The position numbers were made by a program, and so were the translations under genes. A DNA stretch of 64,000 bases from an uncultured Acidobacteriota bacterium (GTDB lineage: Bacteria; Acidobacteriota; Thermoanaerobaculia; Gp7-AA8). The notes beneath the pieces were generated by a model. The model made no database searches and was not told the origin of the DNA. It saw nothing but the letters and a program-made list of their open reading frames with translations. The stretch covers positions 64,001 through 128,000 of the forward strand of contig CAVUKB010000004.1 in NCBI GenBank assembly GCA_963741955.1, given 5' to 3'. Position 1 is the first letter of the stretch. The number at the start of each line of letters is the position of its first letter. This document shows positions 61,001-64,000 of the stretch, one piece after another.

Positions 61001-64000
61001 CAAGAGAGCAGCCGTATCGGTGCCGTCGAATATCGCGGAAGGGCACGCGCGGGATTCGACGAAGGAGTATCTCCATCATCTATCGATTGCTCACGGTTCT
61101 CTGGCCGAAGTGGAGACGCAGCTCCTGCTGGCGAAGGATCTTGGCTGGGGAGACTCGTCTTCGATCGAAGGAGCTCTCCAACAGAGCGATTCACTCGGCA
61201 GGAAGCTTCACGCATTACGCAGATCGCTTCGATCGCGCCGCTGACGGCGGCTCTCCCTGACCCCCGACCCCTAACCCCTGACCCCCACTCCCGTCAGGCG
61301 ACTACGACATGCACGGACCAGCTCTCCCTCACCGACCACATCTCCCTCGAGATCCTCAACACCGCCGACAACATCGCGGCGATCATCCCGCTCACGCCAT
61401 TCGTCACGGCGGACGGCCACGGCTTCGTCGCCCCGCCCGACCAGGACATCACGTTCATCATCTCGGACGAGATTACCGTCCACGTCCCCGCCGGCGCGTT
61501 CGACCAGCCAACGCTCGTCACCGCCACGCCGTCCACGAAGGACGCCTTCTCCGAAGTCCCGAACTTCGACACAGAGCTCGACTACAAAGCCTCGGTCAAC
61601 CTCTCCTTCGACTGCACAGTGGCTTCTTCGTCCTCCCCGAGCCTCGAGCCTCGAGCCTCTAGCCTCGGTTCCCCAAGTCTCGGTTCCCCAACGAGCCTCG
61701 AGCCCCGAGCCTCGAGCCTCGCGTTTCCCTGTCGCGCGAACAAGCCCCTCGACCTCTCCATCCCGGTTCCCGCAAACACCGACCCCACGAAGCAATACCT
61801 CCTCGGCTGGCTCGGCCAGTCCATCCGCGGCCCGCGGATCATGATCGTCGACACCCTCCGCATTGACGGCGACCACTTCACCACCACGCCCGCGCCGTCG
61901 ATCGGAACGACCAGTGCGCAAACCGTGCACGCATCGTCGACCTTTTCAAACTCGTCGCTCTACCAGGTTCGAGATCCCGGAACGTACGTCATCACCTCAC
62001 TGCTCAGTCCCTACGCCTGGGTGGATGTCGTCGTCAGATCGGCTGACCTCTACTGGTCGACGTCGTTCTCTCTCTTCGTCGCAGAACGCTACATCACGAT
62101 GGCGAAGGGTCACGTATACATCCCCGTGCTGACGGACACGCCCTTCCGCGTCTACGGCGTGGACGCGACCGGTTTCGAAACCTATTCGCGCGATTACGAC
62201 GGAATCGTTCCTGGAGATCCTGGAGTTTCGGTAGCACTCCCATCGGCATCTCCCGATAACAATGGACCTTATCCCGTGTGGGGCAGCCCTTATCGCGTCG
62301 ATTCCGTAATCCTTCGCGATGGAGACGTGATCGTTCCAAACATCAAGGTCAATCAGTCGGGAGGAGTTGCGACGGTCACGCAGAACTCTTCCTCCACCAC
62401 CGCGAGTGTTCTTTCGAAGGGAACGAAGGTTCAGGCATTCGACGTCGAAACCGGCGCGGTGAACAGCGCGACAGTCGGTGACGGCGGCAGTTTCTCGATG
62501 TCAGTTTCTCCGGTCCATTCCGGAGACCGTCTTCTTCTCTTCATCAGTGCCTCCGACGTCGATCCGTCGAGTCTCGTCACCGTGGTTTTCAACGAGCCGC
62601 TCCAGCTCGCGAACATTCCGGAAGGCATGAGCTCCGCGGATGCCGAGATCGCAAACGAGAAGTTCCTGCACGACCTCATCGGCCTCGAGCACTTCACTAG
62701 TACGGGATGGGTACCGATAACCGACCAGGTGCACTTCCGGCACGATTCGGGAGACCGCCGAATCGTCCTCGAGTTGCCGTCCTCGCTGGTTCGAGGCGAT
62801 CGGTATCGGGTTCACCTCAGCGAGGCAATCACCGACGCCGGGGACAACCACATCGGATCGGTTAAGGACTCCAGCGGGAAGGTCACCAACGGCGCTGGAC
62901 TCCCGTTGGATCTCGAATTCACGGTCCGCAGCCCACACGGCGCGATCTCCTCTTTCGACATCGATCCGAGCACGGCTCACCATGGAGGGCTCGTGCGTGA
63001 CATCGCACGCAACGACACCCTCGTCTTCGTCTCGGCTCTCGACGGCGGAATCCTCGCCTACGATACATACGATCCGGCTGCACTCGCAAAAGACGGAAGC
63101 ACTCCGGCGCCCCTTTCCTTCGTGCCGGCCGCATGGACCAACGATGCCGGACAGCAGGTGACCGGCGGGATGGACGAGCACTGGGCGCTTGCCGTCGATA
63201 AGCACGGGCGCGTCTTTTCGACCGGCTTCATGGCCTCGTTCTCGGTCCTTCGGACTTACCGCGTGGAAGATTTCTGGAAGGCCTCCACTCAGCCCATGTG
63301 TGCCGGATTCGATCAGGCGCCACCGCACGCCCTCTGTAGATACGAGGGCTCCTCAATCATCGCCTGGCGCCCCGGAGTGTCGCTCGGCATTCCCGGGATC
63401 GACGATTCCCTCTACGGACTGACGGAAGGCTATCCGCGAAAGATCCGAGTCATTGAGCAGGACGATGGAGGGGAAGCTCTAGATCGAGACAACTTTGCGT
63501 CGACCTACGGAGGCGCGATCCAGAAGACCTTCAGCAATGGGATTCAGAAACTCTCCGTCACCGTCGCATGGGATACCACGAATCCCTACCAGCTCCAGCG
63601 CATTACGGTGGAGAACCTGACTCAACAGCTTCACTGGTCTGCCGACGCGACCCCGACGTCTCCTGCCGTGATCTCGGAGATCCTCGCCAAACCGGACGAC
63701 AAGCTCCGAATTGTGAAGAACGAGCGCACGTGGGCCGTCGTATCTCTCTTCGGCTACGGGATCGCCACCTACGACGTGAACGCCATCGAATCCAATGATT
63801 CACCAGATAAGGCTGCGGGTTACACCAACGTACCCGAACAGCTGTTCCTCTCGTCCGCCAGCGTCGACGATGCGTGCGACGGCCGGACGTTCCCGACCGA
63901 GGCGATCCGGGATTTGGCCTTCAGTCCCGATTTCGTCGCGAAAGTGGAAGTCGACGCCACGACCAACACAGCGACCATTGGGATCGACGCTCTCGATGTC
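49049..64000 (+). CDS. Giant-2: secreted protein of at least about 4980 codons (lectin/ConA-like N-domain, many Ig-like repeats), 3' partial, with short indel clusters at 56690-57000 and 57630-57845
   Basis: GGAG RBS plus ATG MTSPSQK; hydrophobic signal LSAALLLFFALLPALPLFA|Q at about 49910-49967; D.T.P...LDGQPY.SGTPI..EG.H....TD.AGN repeats; frame 2 is open from 57827 to the window end (hand-translated to about 62450; no frame-2 stop appears in the ORF track). Confidence 0.85.
49157..49531 (-). CDS. DUF5615 PIN-like toxin, antisense within the 5' region of giant-2
   Basis: MKLLIDFNL...D.EIL..A.....VVVTRDLDF. Confidence 0.9.
   Translation of the reverse strand: MKLLIDFNLAPSLARKLSTRGIESVHWMSIGEPTAADSEILERARRQGWVVVTRDLDFSDLLALSSQRLPTVIQIRMVDVLNEELVAMILALVESHAEAIQAGCLISVDERGARARLLPLRSPE
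49528..49770 (-). CDS. DUF433 antitoxin
   Basis: RITRDPAVMGGKPCIRGMRVTV...EEILSEYPYL...DIREALAY. Confidence 0.93.
   Translation of the reverse strand: MHRLTRITRDPAVMGGKPCIRGMRVTVGTILGLLASGRTAEEILSEYPYLEEADIREALAYGAWRSSEAEVEIGKAADPQ
53916..53998. repeat. CCCCTCTCCCCG...CGGGGAGAGGGGTCAGGGGTGAGGGG hairpin element, in frame in giant-2 (further copies at about 57329-57412 and 59767-59850)
   Basis: All three copies translate SPLPV.T.ASG....(P/S)GRGVRGEGQLRA. Confidence 0.85.
55248..55622 (+). CDS. Four-helix-bundle protein (TIGR02436 / 23S rRNA IVP family), nested in the +1 frame of giant-2
   Basis: YRDLKAWQ, FPKREQYGLTQQIQKAAVSVPSNIAEG, SRGSLAELETQL; GGGAGAG RBS. Confidence 0.93.
   Translation: MSFDYRDLKAWQLGMQMARRVYEITRDFPKREQYGLTQQIQKAAVSVPSNIAEGHARDSTADFLRHLSISRGSLAELETQLILAKAFGYLPLQSLEELMKVSDELSRTLRGLQKSLRRRLEKKP
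55927..56133 (+). repeat. 99-bp tandem duplication ending in (TCGCCTC)n, in frame
   Basis: ASSSTRTVTLAASSTSAVSAHPVSSLASRLSPL occurs twice. Confidence 0.9.
58945..59095. repeat. Heptamer inverted-arm insert with a stem of about 30 bp, in frame in giant-2
   Basis: AGAGGCGAGAGACGAGAGGCGAGAGGCGAG (58945-58974) pairs with CTCGCCTCTCGTCTCTCGCCTCTCGCCTCT (59066-59095). Confidence 0.88.
60879..61244 (+). CDS. Second four-helix-bundle protein (TIGR02436 family), nested in the +1 frame of giant-2
   Basis: TYRDLVVWQ, FPREELFGLSAQVKRAAVSVPSNIAEG, AHGSLAEVETQL; flanked by (GGGGTCA)n at 60697-60727 and (TGACCCC)n at 60807-60840 and 61255-61288. Confidence 0.93.
   Translation: MKIQTYRDLVVWQESMQLAKQVVLIARRFPREELFGLSAQVKRAAVSVPSNIAEGHARDSTKEYLHHLSIAHGSLAEVETQLLLAKDLGWGDSSSIEGALQQSDSLGRKLHALRRSLRSRR

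Noticed and set aside
43108-61244. Diversity-generating retroelement (Avd-like genes plus a repeat pair)
   Set aside because: No reverse transcriptase in the window; the 623-bp pair differs by one C/T rather than at adenines, and both copies are coding
55079-61300. 23S rRNA intervening sequence, group I/II intron or intein
   Set aside because: No rRNA is present; no group II GUGYG or domain V, no group I core, and no intein C/S...HN-C/S/T motifs were recognised at insert borders
1-64000. tRNA, rRNA or known riboswitch
   Set aside because: None recognised by eye, including upstream of purL and of the giant operon; an Rfam or tRNAscan search would be needed to exclude them

Overview
GC-rich bacterial chromosomal window (roughly 65-70% GC by eye; the gene style suggests Acidobacteriota/Thermoanaerobaculia, which is inference only). 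The left 28 kb is housekeeping DNA: apbE end, DUF5916 protein, APC permease, disulfide oxidoreductase, Acr3, RRM protein, nitronate monooxygenase, VapBC, asnB, pepA, sigma-54 regulator-murI, MCP, purF and purL. It is interspersed with several repeat families: REPIN-like arrays, three 177-bp MITEs, a 147-bp tandem array, heptamer-armed hairpins and a 31-bp-phased AT-rich motif. The right 35 kb is an operon of a small secreted protein and two giant secreted Ig-like proteins (giant-1, 29743-47253; giant-2, 49049 to beyond 64000). The standout feature is that giant-2 carries about 13 repeat-derived insertions built mostly from 7-nt repeats, several with inverted arms, that its frame reads through. 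Two of these contain complete four-helix-bundle (23S-IVP/Avd-like) genes in the +1 frame. The giant-1/giant-2 junction is a duplicated heptamer plus ATGA cassette, each copy followed by antisense toxin-antitoxin genes that the host frames also read through. An ISL3 element now interrupts this junction, and removing it in silico restores an ATGA stop/start overlap between the two giants.
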